From the human T2T-CHM13v2.0 reference genome, Homo sapiens, in the NCBI RefSeq assembly GCF_009914755.1, contig NC_060927.1: a DNA stretch of 64,000 bases; one strand, 5' to 3'. The position numbers and the translations under genes are program-made. The notes under the pieces were generated by a model, which was not told the origin of the DNA, searched no databases, and saw nothing but the letters and a program-made list of their open reading frames with translations. Below are positions 37,901 through 50,100 of this stretch, one piece after another (positions within the stretch are counted from its first letter, which is position 1; the number at the start of each line of letters is the position of its first letter).

Positions 37901-40900
37901 GTCTAGTTTGCATACGAAGATATTTCCTTTTCTACCATTGGCCTCAAAGCTTTGAAATCTCCACTTGCAAATTCCACAAAAAGAGAGTTTCAACTCTGCT
38001 GTTTCTAAAGGAAAGTTCAACTCTGAGAGTTGAATACACACCAGAAAAAGCAGTTACTGAGAAGTCTTCTGTCTAGCATTATATGAAGAAATCCCATTTC
38101 CAACGAAGACTTCAAAGAGGTCCAAATATCCACTTGCAGATTCTGCAAAAAGAGTGTTTCGAAACAACTGTATGAAAAGAAAGGTTAAACACTGTGAGTT
38201 GAACGCACACATTGCAAAGCAGTTTCTGAGAATGATTCCGTCTAATTATTATACGAAGGTATTTCCTTTTCTATCATTGGCCTCAAAGCGCTTGATACCT
38301 CCACCTGAAAATTCCACAAAAAGAGTGTTTCCAATCTACTCTGTCTAAAGGAACGTTCAACTCTGTGAGTTGAATACACACACACAGAAAGAATTCACTG
38401 AGAATTCTTCTGTCTGGCATTACATGAAGAAATCCCGTTTCCAACGAAGGCCTCAAAGAGGTCCAAATATCCACTTGCAGATTCTGCAAAAAGAGTGTTT
38501 CAAAACCGCTCCATTAAAAGGAATGTTGAACTCTGTGAGTTGAATGCAAACATCACAACTCAGTTTCTGAGAATGCTTCTGACTAGATTTTATGGTAAGA
38601 TATTTCCTTTTCTACCGTAGGCTTCAATGCCCTGTAAATACACCCTTGCAAATTCTACAAAGAGACTGCTTCATAACTGCTCTATAGGAGGAAAGGTTCA
38701 ACTCTGTGAGTTGAATGCAGAGATCACAACGTGGTTTCTGCGAATGATTCTTTGTAGTTTTTACATGAAGATATTTCGTTGTCTACCGTAGGCTTCAAAG
38801 CACTCAAAGTATTCACTTGGAACTTTCACAAAAAGAGTGTTAGAAAACTGCTCTTTCCAAAGTAAGGTTCAACTCTGTGAGTTGAATGCACACATAACAA
38901 ACAAGAAGTTTCTGAGAATTCTTCTGTCCTGGTTTATATGAAGAAATCCCGTTTCCAACGAAGGCCTCAAAGACGTTTAAATATCCACTTGCAGACTTCA
39001 CAAACAGAGTGTTTCCAAACTGCTCTATGAAAAGAAAGGGTAAACACTGTGAGTTGAACGCACACATCACAAAGTAGTTTCTGAGAATGATACTGTCTAG
39101 TTTTTATACGAAGATATTTCCTTTTGTACCATTGGCCTCATACTGCTAGAATTTTCCACTTGCAAATTCCACAAAAAGAGTGTTTCCAATCTGCTCTGTC
39201 TAAAGGAAGGTTCAACTCTGTGAGTTGAGTACACACACACAAAGAAGCTACTGAGAATTCTTTTGTCAAGAATTATAAGAAGAAATCCCGTTTCCAACCA
39301 AGGCCTCAAAGAGTTCCAAATATCCACTTGCACACTGCACAAACTAAGTCTTTCCATACTGCTCTATGCAAAGAAATGTTCAAATCTGTGAGTTTAATAC
39401 ACACATCACAAAGCAGTTTCTGAGAATGATACTGTCTAGTTTTTATACGAAGATATTTCCTTTTGTACCATTGGCCTCATACTGCTAGAATTTTCCACTT
39501 GCAAATTCCACAAAAAGAGTGTTTCCAATCCGCTCTGTCTAAAGGAAGGTTCAACTCTCTGATTTGAATACATACATCCCAAAAGAAGTTACTGAGAATT
39601 CTTCTGTCTAGCATTATGTGAAGAAATCCCGTTTCCAACGAAAGCCTCAAAGAGGCCCAAATATCCAGTTGCAGCATTTACAAACTGACTGTTTCCAAAC
39701 TCATCTATGAAAAGAAAGGTTAAACTCTGTGAGTTGAATGCACATATCACAAAGTAGTTCCTGAGAATGATTCTGTCTAGTTTTTATACGAAGATATTTC
39801 CTTTTCCACCAATGGCCTCAAAGTGCTTGAAATCTCCCCTTGCAAATTCCACAGACAAGTGTCTCAAATCTGCACTGTCTAAAGGAAGGTTCAACCCTGT
39901 GAGTTGAATACACACACACAGAAAAAAATTCACTGAGAATTCTATTGTCTATCATTACACGAAGAAATCCCGTTTACTACGAAGGCCTCAAAGAGGTCCA
40001 AATATCCAGCTGCAGACATTACAAACTGAGTGTTTCCAAAGTGCTCTATGAAAAGAAGTGTTAAACACTGTGAGTTCAATGCACACATCCCAAAGCAGTT
40101 TCTGAGAATGATTCCGTCTATTTTTTCTACGAAGATATTTCCTTTTCTACCGTTGGCCTCAAAGCGCTTGAAATCTCCACTTGCAAATTCCACAAAAAGA
40201 GAGTTTCAAATCTGCTCTGTCTAAAGGAAGGTTCAACTCTGTGAGTTGAATACACACCACAAAAAGAAGTTACTGAGAATTCTTCTGTCTAGCATTATAT
40301 GAAAAATCCCGTTTCCAACGAAGGCCACAAAGAGGTCCAAATATCCACTTGCAGATTCTGCAAAAAGAGTGTTTCCAAACTACTCTATGAAAAGAAACGT
40401 TAAACTCTGTGAGTTGAACGCAAACATCACAAAGTAGTTTCTGAGAATGACTCCGTCTAGTTTTTATACGAAGATATTTCCTTTTCTACCATTCACTTCA
40501 AAGCGCTTGAAGTCTCCCCCTGAAAATTCCACAAAAAGTGTTTCCAATCTGCTCCGCCTAAAGGAAGCTTCAACTCTGTGAGTTGAATACCCACAACCCA
40601 AAGAAGTTACTGAGAATTCTTCTGTCTAGCATTATATGAAGAAATCCCGTTTCCAACGAAGGCCTCAAATACATCCAAATATCCAGTTGCTGACTTTACA
40701 AACTGAGTGTTTCCAAACTGCTCTATGAAAAGAAAGGTTAAACACTGTGAGTTGAACACACACGTACCAAAGTAGTTTCTGAGAATGATTCTGTCTAGTT
40801 TGCATACGAAGATATTTCCTTTTCTACCATTGGCCTCAAAGCTTTGAAATCTCCGCTTGCAAATTCCACAAAAAGAGAGTTTCAACTCTGCTGTTTCTAA

Positions 40901-43900
40901 AGGAAAGTTCAACTCTGAGAGTTGAATACACACCAGAAAAAGCAGTTACTGAGAAGTCTTCTGTCTAGCATTATATGAAGAAATCCCATTTCCAACGAAG
41001 ACTTCAAAGAGGTCCAAATATCCACTTGCAGATTCTGCAAAAAGAGTGTTTCGAAACAACTGTATGAAAAGAAAGGTTAAACACTGTGAGTTGAACGCAC
41101 ACATTGCAAAGCAGTTTCTGAGAATGATTCCGTCTAATTATTATACGAAGGTATTTCCTTTTCTATCATTGGCCTCAAAGCGCTTGATACCTCCACCTGA
41201 AAATTCCACAAAAAGAGTGTTTCCAATCTACTCTGTCTAAAGGAACGTTCAACTCTGTGAGTTGAATACACACACACAGAAAGAATTCACTGAGAATTCT
41301 TCTGTCTGGCATTACATGAAGAAATCCCGTTTCCAACGAAGGCCTCAAAGAGGTCCAAATATCCACTTGCAGATTCTGCAAAAAGAGTGTTTCAAAACCG
41401 CTCCATTAAAAGGAATGTTGAACTCTGTGAGTTGAATGCAAACATCACAACTCAGTTTCTGAGAATGCTTCTGACTAGATTTTATGGTAAGATATTTCCT
41501 TTTCTACCGTAGGCTTCAATGCCCTGTAAATACACCCTTGCAAATTCTACAAAGAGACTGCTTCATAACTGCTCTATAGGAGGAAAGGTTCAACTCTGTG
41601 AGTTGAATGCAGAGATCACAACGTGGTTTCTGCGAATGATTCTTTGTAGTTTTTACATGAAGATATTTCGTTGTCTACCGTAGGCTTCAAAGCACTCAAA
41701 GTATTCACTTGGAACTTTCACAAAAAGAGTGTTAGAAAACTGCTCTTTCCAAAGTAAGGTTCAACTCTGTGAGTTGAATGCACACATAACAAACAAGAAG
41801 TTTCTGAGAATTCTTCTGTCCTGGTTTATATGAAGAAATCCCGTTTCCAACGAAGGCCTCAAAGACGTTTAAATATCCACTTGCAGACTTCACAAACAGA
41901 GTGTTTCCAAACTGCTCTATGAAAAGAAAGGGTAAACACTGTGAGTTGAACGCACACATCACAAAGTAGTTTCTGAGAATGATACTGTCTAGTTTTTATA
42001 CGAAGATATTTCCTTTTGTACCATTGGCCTCATACTGCTAGAATTTTCCACTTGCAAATTCCACAAAAAGAGTGTTTCCAATCTGCTCTGTCTAAAGGAA
42101 GGTTCAACTCTGTGAGTTGAGTACACACACACAAAGAAGCTACTGAGAATTCTTTTGTCAAGAATTATAAGAAGAAATCCCGTTTCCAACCAAGGCCTCA
42201 AAGAGTTCCAAATATCCACTTGCACACTGCACAAACTAAGTCTTTCCATACTGCTCTATGCAAAGAAATGTTCAAATCTGTGAGTTTAATACACACATCA
42301 CAAAGCAGTTTCTGAGAATGATACTGTCTAGTTTTTATACGAAGATATTTCCTTTTGTACCATTGGCCTCATACTGCTAGAATTTTCCACTTGCAAATTC
42401 CACAAAAAGAGTGTTTCCAATCCGCTCTGTCTAAAGGAAGGTTCAACTCTCTGATTTGAATACATACATCCCAAAAGAAGTTACTGAGAATTCTTCTGTC
42501 TAGCATTATGTGAAGAAATCCCGTTTCCAACGAAAGCCTCAAAGAGGCCCAAATATCCAGTTGCAGCATTTACAAACTGACTGTTTCCAAACTCATCTAT
42601 GAAAAGAAAGGTTAAACTCTGTGAGTTGAATGCACATATCACAAAGTAGTTCCTGAGAATGATTCTGTCTAGTTTTTATACGAAGATATTTCCTTTTCCA
42701 CCAATGGCCTCAAAGTGCTTGAAATCTCCCCTTGCAAATTCCACAGACAAGTGTCTCAAATCTGCACTGTCTAAAGGAAGGTTCAACCCTGTGAGTTGAA
42801 TACACACACACAGAAAAAAATTCACTGAGAATTCTATTGTCTATCATTACACGAAGAAATCCCGTTTACTACGAAGGCCTCAAAGAGGTCCAAATATCCA
42901 GCTGCAGACATTACAAACTGAGTGTTTCCAAAGTGCTCTATGAAAAGAAGTGTTAAACACTGTGAGTTCAATGCACACATCCCAAAGCAGTTTCTGAGAA
43001 TGATTCCGTCTATTTTTTCTACGAAGATATTTCCTTTTCTACCGTTGGCCTCAAAGCGCTTGAAATCTCCACTTGCAAATTCCACAAAAAGAGAGTTTCA
43101 AATCTGCTCTGTCTAAAGGAAGGTTCAACTCTGTGAGTTGAATACACACCACAAAAAGAAGTTACTGAGAATTCTTCTGTCTAGCATTATATGAAAAATC
43201 CCGTTTCCAACGAAGGCCACAAAGAGGTCCAAATATCCACTTGCAGATTCTGCAAAAAGAGTGTTTCCAAACTACTCTATGAAAAGAAACGTTAAACTCT
43301 GTGAGTTGAACGCAAACATCACAAAGTAGTTTCTGAGAATGACTCCGTCTAGTTTTTATACGAAGATATTTCCTTTTCTACCATTCACTTCAAAGCGCTT
43401 GAAGTCTCCCCCTGAAAATTCCACAAAAAGTGTTTCCAATCTGCTCCGCCTAAAGGAAGCTTCAACTCTGTGAGTTGAATACCCACAACCCAAAGAAGTT
43501 ACTGAGAATTCTTCTGTCTAGCACTATATGAAGAAATCCCGTTTCCAACGAAGGCCTCAAATACATCCAAATATCCAGTTGCTGACTTTACAAACTGAGT
43601 GTTTCCAAACTGCTCTATGAAAAGAAAGGTTAAACACTGTGACTTGAACACACACGTACCAAAGTAGTTTCTGAGAATGATTCTGTCTAGTTTGCATACG
43701 AAGATATTTCCTTTTCTACCATTGGCCTCAAAGCTTTGAAATCTCCACTTGCAAATTCCACAAAAAGAGAGTTTCAACTCTGCTGTTTCTAAAGGAAAGT
43801 TCAACTCTGAGAGTTGAATACACACCAGAAAAAGCAGTTACTGAGAAGTCTTCTGTCTAGCATTATATGAAGATATCCCATTTCCAACGAAGACTTCAAA

Positions 43901-44915
43901 GAGGTCCAAATATCCACTTGCAGATTCTGCAAAAAGAGTGTTTCGAAACAACTGTATGAAAAGAAAGGTTAAACACTGTGAGTTGAACGCACACATTGCA
44001 AAGCAGTTTCTGAGAATGATTCCGTCTAATTATTATACGAAGGTATTTCCTTTTCTATCATTGGCCTCAAAGCGCTTGATACCTCCACCTGAAAATTCCA
44101 CAAAAAGAGTGTTTCCAATCTACTCTGTCTAAAGGAACGTTCAACTCTGTGAGTTGAATACACACACACAGAAAGAATTCACTGAGAATTCTTCTGTCTG
44201 GCATTACATGAAGAAATCCCGTTTCCAACGAAGGCCTCAAAGAGGTCCAAATATCCACTTACAGATTCTGCAAAAAGAGTGTTTGAAAACCGCTCCATTA
44301 AAAGGAATGTTGAACTCTGTGAGTTGAATGCAAACATCACAACTCAGTTTCTGAGAATGCTTCTGACTAGATTTTATGGTAAGATATTTCCTTTTCTACC
44401 GTAGGCTTCAATGCCCTGTAAATACACCCTTGCAAATTCTACAAAGAGACTGCTTCATAACTGCTCTATAGGAGGAAAGGTTCAACTCTGTGAGTTGAAT
44501 GCAGAGATCACAACGTGGTTTCTGCGAATGATTCTTTGTAGTTTTTACATGAAGATATTTCGTTGTCTACCGTAGGCTTCAAAGCACTCAAAGTATTCAC
44601 TTGGAACTTTCACAAAAAGAGTGTTAGAAAACTGCTCTTTCCAAAGTAAGGTTCAACTCTGTGAGTTGAATGCACACATAACAAACAAGAAGTTTCTGAG
44701 AATTCTTCTGTCCTGGTTTATATGAAGAAATCCCGTTTCCAACGAAGGCCTCAAAGACGTTTAAATATCCACTTGCAGACTTCACAAACAGAGTGTTTCC
44801 AAACTGCTCTATGAAAAGAAAGGTTAAACTCTGTGAGTTGAACGCACACCTCACAAAGTAGTTTCTGAGAATGATACTGTCTAGTTTTTATACGAAGATA
44901 TTTCCTTTTGTACCA

Positions 44916-47127
44916 TTGGCCTCATACTGCTAGAATTTTCCACTTGCAAATTCCACAAAAAGAGTGTTTCCACTCTGCTCTGTCTAAAGGAAGGTTCAAC
45001 TCTGTGAGTTGAGTACACACACACAAAGAAGCTACTGAGAATTCTTTTGTCAAGAATTATAAGAAGAAATCCCGTTTCCAACCAAGGCCTCAAAGAGTTC
45101 CAAATATCCACTTGCACACTGCACAAACTAAGTCTTTCCATACTGCTCTATGCAAAGAAATGTTCAAATCTGTGAGTTTAATACACACATCACAAAGCAG
45201 TTTCTGAGAATGATACTGTCTAGTTTTTATACGAAGATATTTCCTTTTGTACCATTGGCCTCATACTGCTAGAATTTTCCACTTGCAAATTCCACAAAAA
45301 GAGTGTTTCCAATCCGCTCTGTCTAAAGGAAGGTTCAACTCTCTGATTTGAATACATACATCCCAAAAGAAGTTACTGAGAATTCTTCTGTCTAGCATTA
45401 TGTGAAGAAATCCCGTTTCCAACGAAAGCCTCAAAGAGGCCCAAATATCCAGTTGCAGCATTTACAAACTGACTGTTTCCAAACTCATCTATGAAAAGAA
45501 AGGTTAAACTCTGTGAGTTGAATGCACATATCACAAAGTAGTTCCTGAGAATGATTCTGTCTAGTTTTTATACGAAGATATTTCCTTTTCCACCAATGGC
45601 CTCAAAGTGCTTGAAATCTCCCCTTGCAAATTCCACAGACAAGTGTCTCAAATCTGCACTGTCTAAAGGAAGGTTCAACCCTGTGAGTTGAATACACACA
45701 CACAGAAAAAAATTCACTGAGAATTCTATTGTCTATCATTACACGAAGAAATCCCGTTTACTACGAAGGCCTCAAAGAGGTCCAAATATCCAGCTGCAGA
45801 CATTACAAACTGAGTGTTTCCAAAGTGCTCTATGAAAAGAAGTGTTAAACACTGTGAGTTCAATGCACACATCCCAAAGCAGTTTCTGAGAATGATTCCG
45901 TCTATTTTTTCTACGAAGATATTTCCTTTTCTACCGTTGGCCTCAAAGCGCTTGAAATCTCCACTTGCAAATTCCACAAAAAGAGAGTTTCAAATCTGCT
46001 CTGTCTAAAGGAAGGTTCAACTCTGTGAGTTGAATACACACCACAAAAAGAAGTTACTGAGAATTCTTCTGTCTAGCATTATATGAAAAATCCCGTTTCC
46101 AACGAAGGCCACAAAGAGGTCCAAATATCCACTTGCAGATTCTGCAAAAAGAGTGTTTCCAAACTGCTCTATGAAAAGAAACGTTAAACTCTGTGAGTTG
46201 AACGCAAACATCACAAAGTAGTTTCTGAGAATGACTCCGTCTAGTTTTTATACGAAGATATTTCCTTTTCTACCATTCACTTCAAAGCGCTTGAAGTCTC
46301 CCCCTGAAAATTCCACAAAAAGTGTTTCCAATCTGCTCCGCCTAAAGGAAGCTTCAACTCTGTGAGTTGAATACCCACAACCCAAAGAAGTTACTGAGAA
46401 TTCTTCTGTCTAGCATTATATGAAGAAATCCCGTTTCCAACGAAGGCCTCAAAGAGGTCCAAATATCCACTTGCAGATTATGCAAAAAGAGTGTTTCAAA
46501 ACCGCTCCATTAAAAGGAATGTTGAACTCTGTGAGTTGAATGCAAACATCACAACTCAGTTTCTGAGAATGCTTCTGACTAGATTTTATGGTAAGATATT
46601 TCCTTTTCTACCGTAGGCTTCAATGCCCTGTAAATACACCCTTGCAAATTCAACAAAGAGACTGTTTCATAACTGCTCTATAGGAGGAAAGGTTCAACTC
46701 TGTGAGTTGAATGCAGAGATCACAACGTGGTTTCTGCGAATGATTCTTTGTAGTTTTTACATGAAGATATTTCGTTGTCTACCGTAGGCTTCAAAGCACT
46801 CAAAGTATTCACTTGGAACTTTTACAAAAAGAGTGTTAGAAAACTGCTCTTTCCAAAGTAAGGTTCAACTCTGTGAGTTGAATGCACACATAACAAACAA
46901 GAAGTTTCTGAGAATTCTTCTGTCCTGGTTTATATGAAGAAATCCCGTTTCCAACGAAGGCCTCAAAGACGTTTAAATATCCACTTGCAGACTTCACAAA
47001 CAGAGTGTTTCCAAACTGCTCTATGAAAAGAAAGGGTAAACACTGTGAGTTGAACGCACACCTCACAAAGTAGTTTCTGAGAATGATACTGTCTAGTTTT
47101 TATACGAAGATATTTCCTTTTGTACCA
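44916..47127 (-). repeat. Structural-variant HOR: 13-mer (2212 bp), 4 monomers (680 bp) deleted
   Basis: Homologous ORFs at 44881/47093 and 46017/48229 are 2212 bp apart. The hybrid monomer has its junction in 46420-46453. Confidence 0.93.
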
Positions 47128-50100
47128 TTGACCTCATACTGCTAGAATTTTCCACTTGCAAATTCCACAAAAAGAGTGTTTCCAATCTGCTCTGTCTAAA
47201 GGAAGGTTCAACTCTGTGAGTTGAGTACACACACACAAAGAAGCTACTGAGAATTCTTTTGTCAAGAATTATAAGAAGAAATCCCGTTTCCAACCAAGGC
47301 CTCAAAGAGTTCCAAATATCCACTTGCACACTGCACAAACTAAGTCTTTCCATACTGCTCTATGCAAAGAAATGTTCAAATCTGTGAGTTTAATACACAC
47401 ATCACAAAGCAGTTTCTGAGAATGATACTGTCTAGTTTTTATACGAAGATATTTCCTTTTGTACCATTGGCCTCATACTGCTAGAATTTTCCACTTGCAA
47501 ATTCCACAAAAAGAGTGTTTCCAATCCGCTCTGTCTAAAGGAAGGTTCAACTCTCTGATTTGAATACATACATCCCAAAAGAAGTTACTGAGAATTCTTC
47601 TGTCTAGCTTTATGTGAAGAAATCCCGTTTCCAACGAAAGCCTCAAAGAGGCCCAAATATCCAGTTGCAGCATTTACAAACTGACTGTTTCCAAACTCAT
47701 CTATGAAAAGAAAGGTTAAACTCTGTGAGTTGAATGCACATATCACAAAGTAGTTCCTGAGAATGATTCTGTCTAGTTTTTATACGAAGATATTTCCTTT
47801 TCCACCAATGGCCTCAAAGTGCTTGAAATCTCCCCTTGCAAATTCCACAGACAAGTGTCTCAAATCTGCACTGTCTAAAGGAAGGTTCAACCCTGTGAGT
47901 TGAATACACACACACAGAAAAAAATTCACTGAGAATTCTATTGTCTATCATTACACGAAGAAATCCCGTTTACTACGAAGGCCTCAAAGAGGTCCAAATA
48001 TCCAGCTGCAGACATTACAAACTGAGTGTTTCCAAAGTGCTCTATGAAAAGAAGTGTTAAACACTGTGAGTTCAATGCACACATCCCAAAGCAGTTTCTG
48101 AGAATGATTCCGTCTATTTTTTCTACGAAGATATTTCCTTTTCTACCGTTGGCCTCAAAGCGCTTGAAATCTCCACTTGCAAATTCCACAAAAAGAGAGT
48201 TTCAAATCTGCTCTGTCTAAAGGAAGGTTCAACTCTGTGAGTTGAATACACACCACAAAAAGAAGTTACTGAGAATTCTTCTGTCTAGCATTATATGAAA
48301 AATCCCGTTTCCAACGAAGGCCACAAAGAGGTCCAAATATCCACTTGCAGATTCTGCAAAAAGAGTGTTTCCAAACTGCTCTATGAAAAGAAACGTTAAA
48401 CTCTGTGAGTTGAACGCAAACATCACAAAGTAGTTTCTGAGAATGACTCCGTCTAGTTTTTATACGAAGATATTTCCTTTTCTACCATTCACTTCAAAGC
48501 GCTTGAAGTCTCCCCCTGAAAATTCCACAAAAAGTGTTTCCAATCTGCTCCGCCTAAAGGAAGCTTCAACTCTGTGAGTTGAATACCCACAACCCAAAGA
48601 AGTTACTGAGAATTCTTCTGTCTAGCATTATATGAAGAAATCCCGTTTCCAACGAAGGCCTCAAATACATCCAAATATCCAGTTGCTGACTTTACAAACT
48701 GAGTGTTTCCAAACTGCTCTATGAAAAGAAAGGTTAAACACTGTGAGTTGAACACACACGTACCAAAGTAGTTTCTGAGAATGATTCTGTCTAGTTTGCA
48801 TACGAAGATATTTCCTTTTCTACCATTGGCCTCAAAGCTCTGAAATCTCCACTTGCAAATTCCACAAAAAGAGAGTTTCAACTCTGCTGTTTCTAAAGGA
48901 AAGTTCAACTCTGAGAGTTGAATACACACCAGAAAAAGCAGTTACTGAGAAGTCTTCTGTCTAGCATTATATGAAGAAATCCCATTTCCAACGAAGACTT
49001 CAAAGAGGTCCAAATATCCACTTGCAGATTCTGCAAAAAGAGTGTTTCGAAACAACTGTATGAAAAGAAAGGTTAAACACTGTGAGTTGAACGCACACAT
49101 TGCAGAGCAGTTTCTGAGAATGATTCCGTCTAATTATTATACGAAGGTATTTCCTTTTCTATCATTGGCCTCAAAGCGCTTGATACCTCCACCTGAAAAT
49201 TCCACAAAAAGAGTGTTTCCAATCTATTCTGTCTAAAGGAACGTTCAACTCCGTGAGTTGAATACACACACACAGAAAGAATTCACTGAGAATTCTTCTG
49301 TCTGGCATTACATGAAGAAATCCCGTTTCCAACGAAGGCCTCAAAGAGGTCCAAATATCCACTTGCAGATTCTGCAAAAAGAGTGTTTCAAAACCGCTCC
49401 ATTAAAAGGAATGTTGAACTCTGTGAGTTGAATGCAAACATCACAACTCAGTTTCTGAGAATGCTTCTGACTAGATTTTATGGTAAGATATTTCCTTTTC
49501 TACCGTAGGCTTCAATGCCCTGTAAATACACCCTTGCAAATTCTACAAAGAGACTGTTTCATAACTGCTCTATAGGAGGAAATGTTCAACTCTGTGAGTT
49601 GAATGCAGAGATCACAACGTGGTTTCTGCGAATGATTCTTTGTAGTTTTTACATGAAGATATTTCGTTGTCTACCGTAGGCTTCAAAGCATTCAAAGTAT
49701 TCACTTGGAACTTTTACAAAAAGAGTGTTAGAAAACTGCTCTTTCCAAAGTAAGGTTCAACTCTGTGAGTTGAATGCACACATAACAATCAAGAAGTTTC
49801 TGAGAATTCTTCTGTCCTGGTTTATATGAAGAAATCCCGTTTCCAACGAAGGCCTCAAAGACGTTTAAATATCCACTTGCAGACTTCACAAACAGAGTGT
49901 TTCCAAACTGCTCTATGAAAAGAAAGGGTAAACACTGTGAGTTGAACGCACACCTCACAAAGTAGTTTCTGAGAATGATACTGTCTAGTTTTTATACGAA
50001 GATATTTCCTTTTGTACCATTGGCCTCATACTGCTAGAATTTTCCACTTGCAAATTCCACAAAAAGAGTGTTTCCAATCTGCTCTGTCTAAAGGAAGGTT

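Noticed and set aside
48834-48840. Loss of one of the two HindIII sites per HOR (aagctt>aagctc; sites at 1434 and 1708 in the first unit)
   Set aside because: It is a single ordinary SNV, relevant only as a restriction marker.
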